Source: Gemmatimonas sp. UBA7669
GTDB lineage: Bacteria > Gemmatimonadota > Gemmatimonadetes > Gemmatimonadales > Gemmatimonadaceae
Assembly (NCBI RefSeq): GCF_002483225.1
Contig: NZ_DLHL01000001.1
Location: forward strand, 63,325-127,324
Direction of reading: 5' to 3'
DNA: 64,000 bases
Shown here: in pieces, positions 1 through 9,716 of the stretch
Layout of the letters: every line of letters starts with the position of its first letter
How positions within the stretch are numbered: position 1 is the first letter of the stretch
Notes under the pieces: generated by a model
Databases searched by the model: none
Told to the model about the DNA's origin: nothing
The model's input: the letters and a program-made list of their open reading frames with translations, nothing else
Translations under genes and position numbers: made by a program

Positions 1-2
1 AC

Positions 3-1109
3 GCCGGCGGCCACCACGACCAGCAGGCTCCCGAGCCATCCGCCTGCGCCGATCACGTGCAGCGTGTCCGCCACGACCGCCAGGCCGGCGCGCCCCGGAG
101 TGGCCGCAGCGTGTCCGGAGAGTGCGGGGGTCACCGCCAGGACGACCACGCCGAACGCCGCGAGCCCCCACCCCCCTTGCCCGCGAATCGCCGTGCGGAA
201 GCCGACGATCGCCACGACCGTGGCGAGCACCTGCAACAGCCAGCCGCGTCCCCACACGGTGTCGGTGAGCATCGCACGCACGAGCTGCGGATCGAACGTC
301 GCATCCGGAGGATGCATCGCCACCGACTGCGCGCCGAGCCGCAGGAGCGCAGCTCCGCCGACGATCAGCGCGCCGAGCAGGCCGATGCGCGCGGCACCAT
401 GCCTGGAAGCGACGAGCATCGGAGCGTCTGGACCGCGCTTGCGGATCAGGAGGGGAAGCACCGCCGCCTGGAACGCGACGGCGCCGATGGCCATGAGCAG
501 GCCGAGATACAACAGTGCCCGGATGGCGGCGTACGCCGGCGACTCGGCGTCGAACGAACTGGCCGATGGCATCGACGCCTGGTCATGGTGCATCGCGGAG
601 TCGGCGGCGCCGGGTGCAGCCGGCGTCGGCGTTTGCGTCGGCGTTTGCGTCGGCGTTTGCGTCGGCGTTTGCGTCGGCGTTTGCGGCTCGCCGGACGCGG
701 GCGTCCCGGGCGGCGGTGCCGCCGGCGCCCCTTCGGCGACCGTGAACGCGTACTGCCCTCGCACCGGATGGCCATCGTCGCCCGCGATCTGCCACGTCAC
801 GGTGTAGGTGCCCGCAGCCAGTGGTGCCTCGATGCTCGCGACCAGCGCGCGCCGCGAGTCCGCGGCGACACGCAGCGGGGACAGCGCGACGGCCGCACCG
901 CCCGGCCCCCGCAACTCGAGTCGGCTGAAGGCCAGCGCCGGTGCCTCGGTGAAGGTCAACCGGATTTCTCGCGGCACGACGGTGAGTCGCTCGTTCGCGG
1001 CGGGCGCGGAGCTCTTGAGCGAACCGTGCGCCAGCGCGCGCTCGACTGGCGCAAGGAGCAGGACCGACAGCAACGCGAATCGGGAGACACGGCTCACGCC
1101 GTGTGGCAC
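3..1109 (-). CDS. copCD: CopC-CopD fusion copper resistance protein (3' partial, runs off window start)
   Basis: Absent from the ORF track because it has no stop in the window. Manual translation from GTG 1109 (GGAG RBS): signal peptide, A|HGSLKSSAP...GTYTVTWQIAGDDGHPVRG (CopC with both His ligands), QTPT linker, then membrane domain with LSGHAAA...DTLHVIGAGGWLGSL (CopD motif). Confidence 0.9.
   Translation of the reverse strand, partial: MPHGVSRVSRFALLSVLLLAPVERALAHGSLKSSAPAANERLTVVPREIRLTFTEAPALAFSRLELRGPGGAAVALSPLRVAADSRRALVASIEAPLAAGTYTVTWQIAGDDGHPVRGQYAFTVAEGAPAAPPPGTPASGEPQTPTQTPTQTPTQTPTQTPTPAAPGAADSAMHHDQASMPSASSFDAESPAYAAIRALLYLGLLMAIGAVAFQAAVLPLLIRKRGPDAPMLVASRHGAARIGLLGALIVGGAALLRLGAQSVAMHPPDATFDPQLVRAMLTDTVWGRGWLLQVLATVVAIVGFRTAIRGQGGWGLAAFGVVVLAVTPALSGHAAATPGRAGLAVVADTLHVIGAGGWLGSLLVVVAAG
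628..684. repeat. 12-bp tandem repeat (GGCGTTTGCGTC x4.75) encoding the QTPT linker of CopCD
   Basis: Read directly from the sequence; the copies are exact. Confidence 0.95.
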
Positions 1110-1159
1110 GTGTCGGCTCCGCGACCCTGACGTGCCAGGGATGACGTCTCGTGTGCGCA

Positions 1160-2209
1160 TCAGGCGGGCGGCTTCCGCATGCCGGGCATCTTGCTGTGAT
1201 CCATGCCGGGCATGGCAGGAGCGGGCTTGGCTGCGGGCTTGGCTGCGGGCTTCGCTGCCTGCTTCGCTGCCGGCTTGGCTGCAGGTCTTGATGCGGGCTT
1301 GGCCGCGGGTTTGCGGGCCGGCGTCGAGGAGGTCACTGCACCCGCCTCGCCCTTGTCCGCAGGCGATGGCGCCGTCATTCCCTGCATGCTCATGTCCATG
1401 CCCGTCATCCCGGGCATGCCGGCCATCATGCGCTGCAGGACGGGATCGGTCATCACGCGCTCGCGGATCACCGGGTCGGCCATCATGCGCATGTGGATCG
1501 CCATGAGCGTGGTGTCGCTCATCATCGACATGTTCATGCCCGACATGTTCATGCCCGACATGTTCATGCCCGACATGTTCATGCCCGACATGTTCATGCC
1601 GGCCGCGGTGCCTGTTGCTGCGCCGGTCGGCGTCGTCATCGTGGAGTGATCCATCGTCGAGTGATCCATCTTCGAATGGTCCACCGGCGCCGGCCGGCTG
1701 CCGTTCGGCGACGAGGTGAGCACCGTGTCGGTCCGCGGTGGAATCGCGCCGGTGCCCAGGGCGCCGCACGCGAGTGTCGTGGCCGCCGCGCCGGCCGACG
1801 TGCCCTGCACGACGACGTGGTACGAGCCTCCGCTCGTGAGCGGCGCATCGAGCGTCGCGCTCGCGCTGCCCGTGCCGGTCGCGTTCACGGTGATCGGTGC
1901 GAACGCACTGGCGGCGCCCGCGACGCCCTCGTCACGCGCACACGAGCCGCGACGCACCGACCACGTGCGGACCGCGCCGCCCTGATCGCCCGTCCACGCG
2001 ATGCGCACGGTCGTGCCCGCGACGGTCGCCGTGCCGGACGCCGTGCGCGAGCCCAGCGGATCGGTGAGAAGCGCCGACAGCGTGCCGTTGTTCGCCGGCG
2101 CGGACATTCCCGCGTGGCCGGCATGGTCGCCAGCCGTGGACTGCGCCTGTAGCGCGCCGCTTCCCATGACCAGCAGGGCGGCGACGGAACCGATTGAAAG
2201 CGGTCGCAT
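1160..2209 (-). CDS. Secreted Met/His-rich putative copper-binding protein with N-terminal SOD/CHRD-like beta domain
   Basis: ATG 2209 (GGAGG upstream); signal peptide MRPLSIGSVAALLVMGSGALQA; WSVRRGSC...YHVVV...LACGAL domain; DHSKMDHSTMDHSTM, (GMNMS)x5 and KPAA repeats; ends MPGMDHSKMPGM. Lies inside the copA-copB-X-copCD operon. Confidence 0.8.
   Translation of the reverse strand: MRPLSIGSVAALLVMGSGALQAQSTAGDHAGHAGMSAPANNGTLSALLTDPLGSRTASGTATVAGTTVRIAWTGDQGGAVRTWSVRRGSCARDEGVAGAASAFAPITVNATGTGSASATLDAPLTSGGSYHVVVQGTSAGAAATTLACGALGTGAIPPRTDTVLTSSPNGSRPAPVDHSKMDHSTMDHSTMTTPTGAATGTAAGMNMSGMNMSGMNMSGMNMSGMNMSMMSDTTLMAIHMRMMADPVIRERVMTDPVLQRMMAGMPGMTGMDMSMQGMTAPSPADKGEAGAVTSSTPARKPAAKPASRPAAKPAAKQAAKPAAKPAAKPAPAMPGMDHSKMPGMRKPPA
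1527..1600. repeat. 15-bp tandem repeat (GACATGTTCATGCCC x5) encoding GMNMS
   Basis: Read directly from the sequence. Confidence 0.95.
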
Positions 2210-2269
2210 CGGAGGTGCCTCCGTGAGTGATGCAGGGCCAACTGGCCCGATCGAGTGAATGAGTTCGAT

Positions 2270-2329
2270 GATGCGCGTCGCGATGCGCGTCGGGATGCTC
2301 GTCGCGATGCGCGTCGGGATGCTCATCGC
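2270..2329. repeat. 12-bp imperfect tandem repeat (GATGCGCGTCGS x5) covering the copB stop and downstream intergenic DNA
   Basis: Copies start at 2270, 2282, 2294, 2306 and 2318. Confidence 0.85.
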
Positions 2330-3147
2330 CAGATCCGCAGGCCGGCGGTGATGGTGCCGACGCTGCGCCGTTCGCCGAGGCCGTGCGCCATGGCCGCGGT
2401 CGCGCCGGTGCGCCGCAGCATCGACACGCCGACGTACGGCGCGAACTTTCGCCGGATCTCGTAGCGCATCCGCGCGCCGATCTCGACGTCGTTGAGACCC
2501 GAGCCAACGCCGATCTCCGGCACGGCCTGCACCGCCGCGTTGACCTCGATCCACGGTTGCACGATGAGCCGCTGCGTGAAGAGGAGGTCGAACGACGACT
2601 CGACCTCGAGCGAGACGTCGCCCTTGTCGCTGACGAGCAGCGTGGGCTCCACCTCGAACCAGCCCGGCGCCAGGCCGATGAAGCCGATCGCGAGCATGCC
2701 GCGCGTGAGGCGACCACCGGGCTCGCGCCGCCCGGTCGATGGATCACCGAAGTCGACCGGCGCGATGACCGTGCGCGGTCGCGTGTCGACGCGTCCGCCG
2801 GCGACGAACGACCAGAACGGCGTGATGAGCCGTCCGTAGAGCGCATCGCCCTGCATCTCTCCGCCACCGGACATCAGCGTCGACTGCTCTCCCTGCACGC
2901 GCAGATACAGGCGGCGATAGTCGCCGCCGATCCAGCTCACCAGCTCCACGTCGATCGGGCGCTCGGGCTGGTTGGCGTGGACTTCCAGCTGTTCGGCGAG
3001 GATGAACGTGCGGATGACGCGATCGAGGTCCATCCCATGTGCGGCGCCACCGGCCTGCGCGTGGACGCGTGCCGGCTGCACGAGCAGGAGCGCGGCGATC
3101 ACGAGACTCGAGCACATGACGCGCGCGCGATGCGTGACGACGCTCAT
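2323..3147 (-). CDS. copB: Copper resistance outer-membrane protein B
   Basis: ATG 3147 overlaps the copA stop (ATGA). WIGGDYRRLYL, LYGRLITPFW, GLAPGWFEVE, DLLFTQRLIVQP, GARMRYEIRRKFAPYVGV and the terminal GLRIW are typical of CopB. Confidence 0.92.
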   Translation of the reverse strand: MSVVTHRARVMCSSLVIAALLLVQPARVHAQAGGAAHGMDLDRVIRTFILAEQLEVHANQPERPIDVELVSWIGGDYRRLYLRVQGEQSTLMSGGGEMQGDALYGRLITPFWSFVAGGRVDTRPRTVIAPVDFGDPSTGRREPGGRLTRGMLAIGFIGLAPGWFEVEPTLLVSDKGDVSLEVESSFDLLFTQRLIVQPWIEVNAAVQAVPEIGVGSGLNDVEIGARMRYEIRRKFAPYVGVSMLRRTGATAAMAHGLGERRSVGTITAGLRIWR

Positions 3148-5165
3148 GATCTCGCCTCCCCCTCGGTGGTCATCGGCCCGCCGGGCTCCGACACGTGGAA
3201 CACGCGGAACATGCCGACATCCATGTGGAAGAGCACGTGACAGTGAAAGGCCCACGGTCCCGGATCCACCGGCGTCGCCAGCAGCGACACGCGCTCGGCA
3301 GGCTTCACGTTGATGGTGTGCACGTATGGGCACTCGGGCCCATGCCCGTTCTCGAGCTCCATGAACACGCCGTGCAGGTGCATCGGGTGCGCCATCATCG
3401 TGTCGTTCACGATGGTGAGGCGAATGCGCTCGCCGTGCTTGAGCGGGATCGGGTCGCGCGCATCGGAGAACTTGATGCCGTTGATCGACCACATGTAGCG
3501 CTCCATGTTGCCGGTCAGGTGCAGCTCGATCTCCCGCACAGGGGGCTCGAAGGTTTCGGCCGGCGTGAGCCGCTTCACGTCCGTCCAGACGAGCACGCGC
3601 CAACCATCTTCCCCGAGTCCGGCGCCAGGCTCCGAGAGCCGGCTCCGGGTTTCCATGGCCGTTCCGGCGCTTGCCGACCCGTGCGTGTTGTTGCCGTGCA
3701 TGACTGGCTCGGGAATCGTGCCGGGCGCCCGGAGGTTCGAGGCTCGAATGATGGTGCCGTCTCGCAACTGTCCCTCGAACACACCGGCGCCTCCGGATGC
3801 CGTCACGCCAGGCATGCTGCTCATGTCATGGCCCGCGTGACCTGATGCCGCTGCTGCCGCTGGCTTGGTCGCAGCCGCGGGCATGTCCATGCCCGGCATG
3901 CTCGCATCGGCGCCGGGCTTCGACGCCGTCCCCGTGCCCGACATGTCCATCCCAGGCATCGACATTCCCTCGTGCCCGCCCATCCCCATCGCCATGCCCA
4001 TGTCCACCATGTTGAGCGTGGGACGCGGCCGGCGGCGCGGGATCTCGGCGCTCATGCCGGCGCGCGGCGCGAGCGTGCCGCGTGCGTATCCCGAGCGATC
4101 CATCGACTCCGCGAAGATCGTGTACGCGCGATCCTCGGTGGGCTTCACGATCACATCGAATGTCTGCGCGATCTCGATGCGGAACTCGTCGAACGCGACG
4201 GGCTGCACGTGCTGGCCGCTCGCCTGCACGAGCGTCATCTCGAGGCCGGGAATGCGCACGTCGAAGTACGAACCCGCACCTGCATTGATGAAGCGCAACC
4301 GAACGCGCTCGCCTGCGCGGAACAGTCCGGTCCAGTTGGCCGCCGGCGGCAGACCGTTCAAGAGATACGTGTACGTCGAGCCCGTGACATCGGAAATGTC
4401 CGTGGGGGTCATGCGCATCTTGCCCCACTCCCAGCGGTCCGCGATGGTGGCCCGCAGCCCGTTCCGGTCGACGTCCCGGAAGAAGTCGCCGACGGTGCGG
4501 CGCTGGAAGTTGTAGTACGCCGACTGCTTCTTCAGGTTGTCGAGGATCTTGCCGGGGTCCTCGAAGGACCAGTCCGACAGCATGACCACATACTCGCGGT
4601 CGTACTGGAACGGCTCGGGTTCGGACGGGTCGATGATGAGCGGTCCGTAGTGGCCCAGCTGCTCCTGAAAGCCGGAGTGGCTGTGGTACCAGTAGGTGCC
4701 GTACTGCCGCAGCGGGAAGTCGTAGACGAACGTCTGCCCCGGATGGATGCCCGGGAAATTCACGCCCGGCACGCCATCCATGGCGTTCGGCACCAGCAGT
4801 CCATGCCAGTGAATGGAGGTGTCCTCACGCAACCGGTTCGTGACGTGAATCGTGGCACGCTCCCCTTCACGGAAGCGGAGCAACGGTCCAGGCACCGACC
4901 CGTTGATGGTCGTCGCCACGCTGCGCCGCCCGCCGAAGCCGAACGGCGTGCGATCAATGATGAGATCCACACGCGTGTCCCGACCGGAGACACCGGCCAA
5001 GGCGGCGCGGCCAGCGCCACGGTCGCTGGCAGGCAGCGCGTAGGCGGGCGCGAGGCGCTGCAAACCCGCCAGCGCGCCAACGGCGCCCGCCGCGTGCAGG
5101 AAACGGCGGCGTGTCACCGGGTGGGTAACGACGCCATCCGTGAAAGAGCGTTCCAAGTCGTTCAT
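3144..5165 (-). CDS. copA: CopA-family multicopper oxidase (Tat-exported) with Met-rich insert
   Basis: TRRRFL Tat signal; IHWHG, YWYHSH, HPMHLHG and HCHVLFHMDVGM copper-ligand motifs; MGMAMGMGGHEGMSMPGMDM insert. Confidence 0.97.
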   Translation of the reverse strand: MNDLERSFTDGVVTHPVTRRRFLHAAGAVGALAGLQRLAPAYALPASDRGAGRAALAGVSGRDTRVDLIIDRTPFGFGGRRSVATTINGSVPGPLLRFREGERATIHVTNRLREDTSIHWHGLLVPNAMDGVPGVNFPGIHPGQTFVYDFPLRQYGTYWYHSHSGFQEQLGHYGPLIIDPSEPEPFQYDREYVVMLSDWSFEDPGKILDNLKKQSAYYNFQRRTVGDFFRDVDRNGLRATIADRWEWGKMRMTPTDISDVTGSTYTYLLNGLPPAANWTGLFRAGERVRLRFINAGAGSYFDVRIPGLEMTLVQASGQHVQPVAFDEFRIEIAQTFDVIVKPTEDRAYTIFAESMDRSGYARGTLAPRAGMSAEIPRRRPRPTLNMVDMGMAMGMGGHEGMSMPGMDMSGTGTASKPGADASMPGMDMPAAATKPAAAAASGHAGHDMSSMPGVTASGGAGVFEGQLRDGTIIRASNLRAPGTIPEPVMHGNNTHGSASAGTAMETRSRLSEPGAGLGEDGWRVLVWTDVKRLTPAETFEPPVREIELHLTGNMERYMWSINGIKFSDARDPIPLKHGERIRLTIVNDTMMAHPMHLHGVFMELENGHGPECPYVHTINVKPAERVSLLATPVDPGPWAFHCHVLFHMDVGMFRVFHVSEPGGPMTTEGEARS

Positions 5166-5234
5166 GGTACCAGGAATCGAGTTCGGGGGACACGTCGAGA
5201 AGTGCCGTCAGTCAGGACCTCTCGTCGGTCACGC

Positions 5235-5249
5235 TTTACCACGCATAAA
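5235..5249. promoter_or_regulatory. Putative BlaI-family operator 1 (TTTAC-CACGC-ATAAA), upstream of copA
   Basis: One mismatch to the TTTAC-N5-GTAAA palindrome found four more times; 70 bp upstream of the copA ATG. Confidence 0.75.
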
Positions 5250-5292
5250 ATATGCGCGCAGGTACGCTGCTCTCGCTACGGTGCGCAACGCT

Positions 5293-5321
5293 TTGACATA
5301 CCCCGCCGGCCAGCATAGCTT
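5293..5321 (+). promoter_or_regulatory. Sigma70-type promoter for copC (TTGACA-N17-TAGCTT)
   Basis: Perfect -35 at 5293-5298, 17-bp spacer, -10 at 5316-5321. Confidence 0.8.
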
Positions 5322-5329
5322 CCGGATGC

Positions 5330-5344
5330 TTTACCGCGCGTAAA
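5330..5344. promoter_or_regulatory. Putative BlaI-family operator 2 (TTTAC-CGCGC-GTAAA)
   Basis: Perfect palindromic arms just downstream of the predicted copC transcription start. Confidence 0.85.
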
Positions 5345-5405
5345 ATGCCGCGGTCACGAGGCCAGCGATGCTCCATGGCCTCCCCACGCCCTCCCGAGAT
5401 TGCCA

Positions 5406-5855
5406 ATGCCCTCATCCACGTCAGCAGCAGATACGCCTGTCGTCACCACCGTCCCCAGCCGCCGTCGCGCCGCGGTGCGCCTGCTGGCCGGGGTTACCGC
5501 CGGGCTGCTCCTCGCGCTGCCGATGACCAACGTTGGTGCCGTTCGTCACATCCGCCTCGTCAGCTCCAGCCCGGCCAAGGACGCCCACGTGATGGCGCCC
5601 TTGCGCGAGATTCGCCTGACGTTCAGCGGCAAGATCGCGGTCTCCACCGCGAGCGTGCAGCTGCTGGCCGCCGATAGCACGCGGGTGAAGGTCGGCGCGC
5701 TCACGGCCGTGCCGGATTCTGAGCGCGTCGCCGTGGCAAAGGTCTCGGAGCCGCTGAAGAACGGGACCTACACCGTGCAGTGGAAGGCCATCGCCGCGGA
5801 CGGCGCGGCGGGGTCCGGGTCGTACAGCTTCATGTACATGGCCGCGAAGAAGTAA
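5406..5855 (+). CDS. copC: CopC-family periplasmic copper-binding protein (atypical, DGH motif replaced by DGA)
   Basis: Signal peptide, then HIRLVSSSPAKD...IRLTFSGKI...GTYTVQWKAIAADG; divergent from copA. Confidence 0.85.
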   Translation: MPSSTSAADTPVVTTVPSRRRAAVRLLAGVTAGLLLALPMTNVGAVRHIRLVSSSPAKDAHVMAPLREIRLTFSGKIAVSTASVQLLAADSTRVKVGALTAVPDSERVAVAKVSEPLKNGTYTVQWKAIAADGAAGSGSYSFMYMAAKK

Positions 5856-5894
5856 CGTACGGCCGGCACGCGGCGGGAGCGCAGGATGGCTTTG

Positions 5895-6974
5895 CTACCG
5901 CCGCGTGCCGGGCGCCACGTCATGCGGGCAGGGCGCCCCTGGGGTGCGTGGATGCCCCGCGAGGCAGAACAGATGCTCCACGGCCCAGCCTTGATGCTGC
6001 GTGCAGTGGCCCGCATGGGGCGCCCCGTGTTCACTAGACGCCGGAAGGGGGTGGGCGACGGCGAGGCCCGAGCTCCATACCAGCAGGAGCCCCGCGAATG
6101 CCGCCGCGAGTGACCGCCGTGTCACGTGCGTGACCACCGGCGCCTCCTCGCCCACCAGGCGATGGATGCGTCGGTCGAGCAGCGCATCACGCTGGATGCC
6201 GATGACGACGCCCGATCCGCTCGACAGCACGCGCCCGCCCAACTCGGGATCCTGACCGGGGACCCGCCACGCTGCCAGCTTCAGGATCGCGGAGGCCAGC
6301 ACCAGCGGCTGCCCCCGCACTGCCCTGTCGTCCGCCGCGATCTCGGCGTCGTCTGCCGCATCGGCCGCGAGGCGCCGCAATGCGGGCAGCCAGAACAACG
6401 CGCAGCCGACGAATCGCAGCACCGAGAGTCGGGCGGGATCGCGCCGACGTACATGTGCGTGCTCATGCGCGAGCACCGCGGTCAGCTCCTCATCGGAGAG
6501 CGCCTCAGGGAGACGGGACGCGACGTAAATGTGCGGCCGCACCCACCCAACCGTGAACGCGGGATTCGGCAGACCGTCGACGACGCGCAGCAACGTCGGC
6601 GGCACCCCGGCCGCCGCCGCCGCCGTCCAGAACGCATCGCGGTCTCGTGGTCGCACGGCCTCGACGGTGCCGAGCAACCGCCGAACGACCAGCCACGCTC
6701 GGCCGCGATCCCACACCGCATAGGTGAGCCCGGCGATCAGCAGTCCGTGAAACACCTCATGGACTGGCGCGAGCAGCTGATGCACTGCGATGACGCAGAT
6801 CACCCAGACATGATCACGCCCTGCCAGCAACTGATCGAGGCGGGACCCAACATGATGCGCCAGCACCGGACTCGTAGCGAGCAGAATGAGGACGCCCGTC
6901 GCGAAGAGGACGAGTCGGCGATGGCGGCCCTCATGCGCGCCGGTGGCTTGGGCGGGACTGTCGCGGTGTGGCAT
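5895..6974 (-). CDS. BlaR1-like M56 family membrane metallopeptidase with His/Cys-rich extramembrane segments
   Basis: PAFTVGWVRPHIYV, ELTAVLAHEHAHVRRRDP (HExxH), EIAADDRA and LDRRIHRL are M56 signatures; AGGAGG RBS; directly downstream of the BlaI-family gene. Confidence 0.9.
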   Translation of the reverse strand: MPHRDSPAQATGAHEGRHRRLVLFATGVLILLATSPVLAHHVGSRLDQLLAGRDHVWVICVIAVHQLLAPVHEVFHGLLIAGLTYAVWDRGRAWLVVRRLLGTVEAVRPRDRDAFWTAAAAAGVPPTLLRVVDGLPNPAFTVGWVRPHIYVASRLPEALSDEELTAVLAHEHAHVRRRDPARLSVLRFVGCALFWLPALRRLAADAADDAEIAADDRAVRGQPLVLASAILKLAAWRVPGQDPELGGRVLSSGSGVVIGIQRDALLDRRIHRLVGEEAPVVTHVTRRSLAAAFAGLLLVWSSGLAVAHPLPASSEHGAPHAGHCTQHQGWAVEHLFCLAGHPRTPGAPCPHDVAPGTRR

Positions 6975-7042
6975 GTCTCCTCCTGCGCTCGCTGCGAGGA
7001 ATGGCGGCCGACCGAGGTCGCGTCGCCCTGCGTCGCCGCAGC

Positions 7043-7543
7043 TCAGCCCTTGAGCCGGCGCCGAATGAGGCGCGCGAGGTCTTCGAGCTGCTGGGGATCC
7101 TGCTCCGCGAGCACGTCGACCAGCGAGGAGGCCACCGCCTGCGGACCGAAAGAGAGAATGCCCTCGACCACACGCCGGGACGCATGCGCCATGAAATCGG
7201 CCTCCGTCATCACCGCCTCGAAATGCAACAGGCCATCGCGAGTCTTGCGGCGCAGCAAACGCTTGGCGACGAGCTTGTTGAGCACCGTGATCACGGTGAG
7301 CGCTGCGATGGCATGTGTTCGTGCCACGCGCTCGTGCACCACGCGCGCCGGCGACGGCACCCCCAATGCCCAGACGGCGGTCATCACCCGCGCTTCGAGG
7401 TCGCCCAAGACCTTCGCGAGGCCGTCCGCCGAGAGTCGAACGGTGTCCTGCAGCCGCAGCTCGGACGCGCGTGGCGCGCCCAACCCCCGGCGCTTCGTGG
7501 CCCCCGGCGCTTCCAACGTTGATGACTTACGTGGCTTGGACAC
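7043..7543 (-). CDS. BlaI/MecI/CopY family transcriptional repressor
   Basis: LGDLEARVMTAVW...TVITVLNKLVAKRLLRR winged helix and C-terminal dimerisation helices; no C-terminal CxC metal motif. Exact start uncertain. Confidence 0.92.
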   Translation of the reverse strand: MSKPRKSSTLEAPGATKRRGLGAPRASELRLQDTVRLSADGLAKVLGDLEARVMTAVWALGVPSPARVVHERVARTHAIAALTVITVLNKLVAKRLLRRKTRDGLLHFEAVMTEADFMAHASRRVVEGILSFGPQAVASSLVDVLAEQDPQQLEDLARLIRRRLKG

Positions 7544-7578
7544 GAACGACCCTCTGGCGGAAGAATGCTACTGCTGCC

Positions 7579-7607
7579 AACCTACCTGACGCTTTACCCG
7601 CCGTAAA
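7579..7607 (-). promoter_or_regulatory. Promoter of blaI-blaR (TTTACG-N17-TAGGTT) with operator 3 (TTTAC-CCGCC-GTAAA, 7593-7607) overlapping the -35
   Basis: The operator half-site doubles as the -35; exact 17-bp spacer to the -10 at 7584-7579. Confidence 0.8.
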
Positions 7608-7738
7608 GAGGCACCGGCTCTCGCGTGCTCCGGCGGTACCCCACCCTCGCCGTCCCGCCCCGTGGCTTACGACGCATCGCCCGCTCCGCGTTCATGAACA
7701 CCGCCCATCGGCCCGCGCCATCGTCGCCCCCAGACATG

Positions 7739-9028
<1,290 letters not shown>

Positions 9029-9077
9029 CTGGTCAGCACCGCGTTCTCCTTCCCTCTCCTTTCACACCACATCATCC

Positions 9078-9593
9078 ATGAAGCGATCACCTACGGTTGT
9101 GCTGCTGCTGTCCGCCGCGTTTGCATCGGTTGGAGACGCACAACGTCCCACGAGTGCTCCTGCCGCGCGGCAGCGAAGCGAGGAGGCGGCCGCCACGGCG
9201 ACGCTGCGCGCCGTGTTCGCGGCGTCCGAGCGCAACGACATGAAAGCGCTAGATACGCTGTACGCCGGCGACAGCCTCACGGTCGTCGAGGGCGCCGGGA
9301 TCAATCGCGGCTGGACGGACTACCGCGATCATCACCTGGCGCCCGAGCTGAAAGAGATGAAGAACTTCCATTACCGCCCGGTGGACATCGAGATGCACGT
9401 GTCCGGGAACGTCGCCTGGGCGATCTTCCGATACAACCTCAAGGGCGAGATGGGCGCTCGCACGCTGGACAACGTCGGCCGCGGCACTGCGATCCTCGAG
9501 CGCCGTGGATCGGGCGCGGCGACGCGGTGGGTCGTGCGCCACACGCAGACGAGTTCGCGCGCGCGCCGGCCGAACGATCCGCCGGCCGGATGA
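9078..9593 (+). CDS. Secreted NTF2-like (SnoaL/DUF4440) protein 1
   Basis: Signal peptide; LRAVFAASERNDMKALDTLY, YRDHHL and SGNVAWA...GRGTAILERR fit an NTF2-like fold. Confidence 0.75.
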   Translation: MKRSPTVVLLLSAAFASVGDAQRPTSAPAARQRSEEAAATATLRAVFAASERNDMKALDTLYAGDSLTVVEGAGINRGWTDYRDHHLAPELKEMKNFHYRPVDIEMHVSGNVAWAIFRYNLKGEMGARTLDNVGRGTAILERRGSGAATRWVVRHTQTSSRARRPNDPPAG

Positions 9594-9616
9594 AACCCAA
9601 GGCGCGCTGAATGCAG

Positions 9617-9658
9617 ATCGAGCCGGTCATCGTGATGCAGCGATGACCGGCTCGATTT
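9617..9658. terminator. Bidirectional hairpin terminator between convergent genes
   Basis: 16-bp perfect stem ATCGAGCCGGTCATCG / CGATGACCGGCTCGAT with an 8-nt loop. Confidence 0.75.
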
Positions 9659-9716
9659 GTGTGTCAGCCGCGGTGACGATGCGGCAACATCGGACGACAG
9701 CGAAGCGCCGTCCCGC

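Noticed and set aside
57-1506. Plus-strand ORFs 57..1130, 64..807 and 808..1506, and the many similar overlapping ORFs across the window
   Set aside because: They are antisense or off-frame shadows of well-supported genes, typical of ~70% GC DNA; Arg/Pro/Ala-rich with no motifs.
628-2329. Tandem repeats as a CRISPR array
   Set aside because: The units are 12-15 bp and directly adjacent, with no unique spacers and no cas genes; most encode protein linkers.
2210-3603. Long N-terminal extensions in the ORF track for 1160..2554, 2323..3603, 9717..11372, 15394..17025, 23580..26123, 60773..61642 and 61128..62429
   Set aside because: The extensions overlap neighbouring genes or regulatory DNA; downstream starts give signal peptides, RBSs or coupled stop/start overlaps.
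5250-5290. Sigma70 promoter for copA (TTGCGC ... TACCTG on the minus strand)
   Set aside because: The -10 lacks the conserved final T and the spacing is 18 bp; too weak to call.
7043-7543. Calling the repressor CopY (direct copper sensor)
   Set aside because: It has no C-terminal CxC/CxCxxxxCxC motif and is paired with an M56 protease like BlaI.
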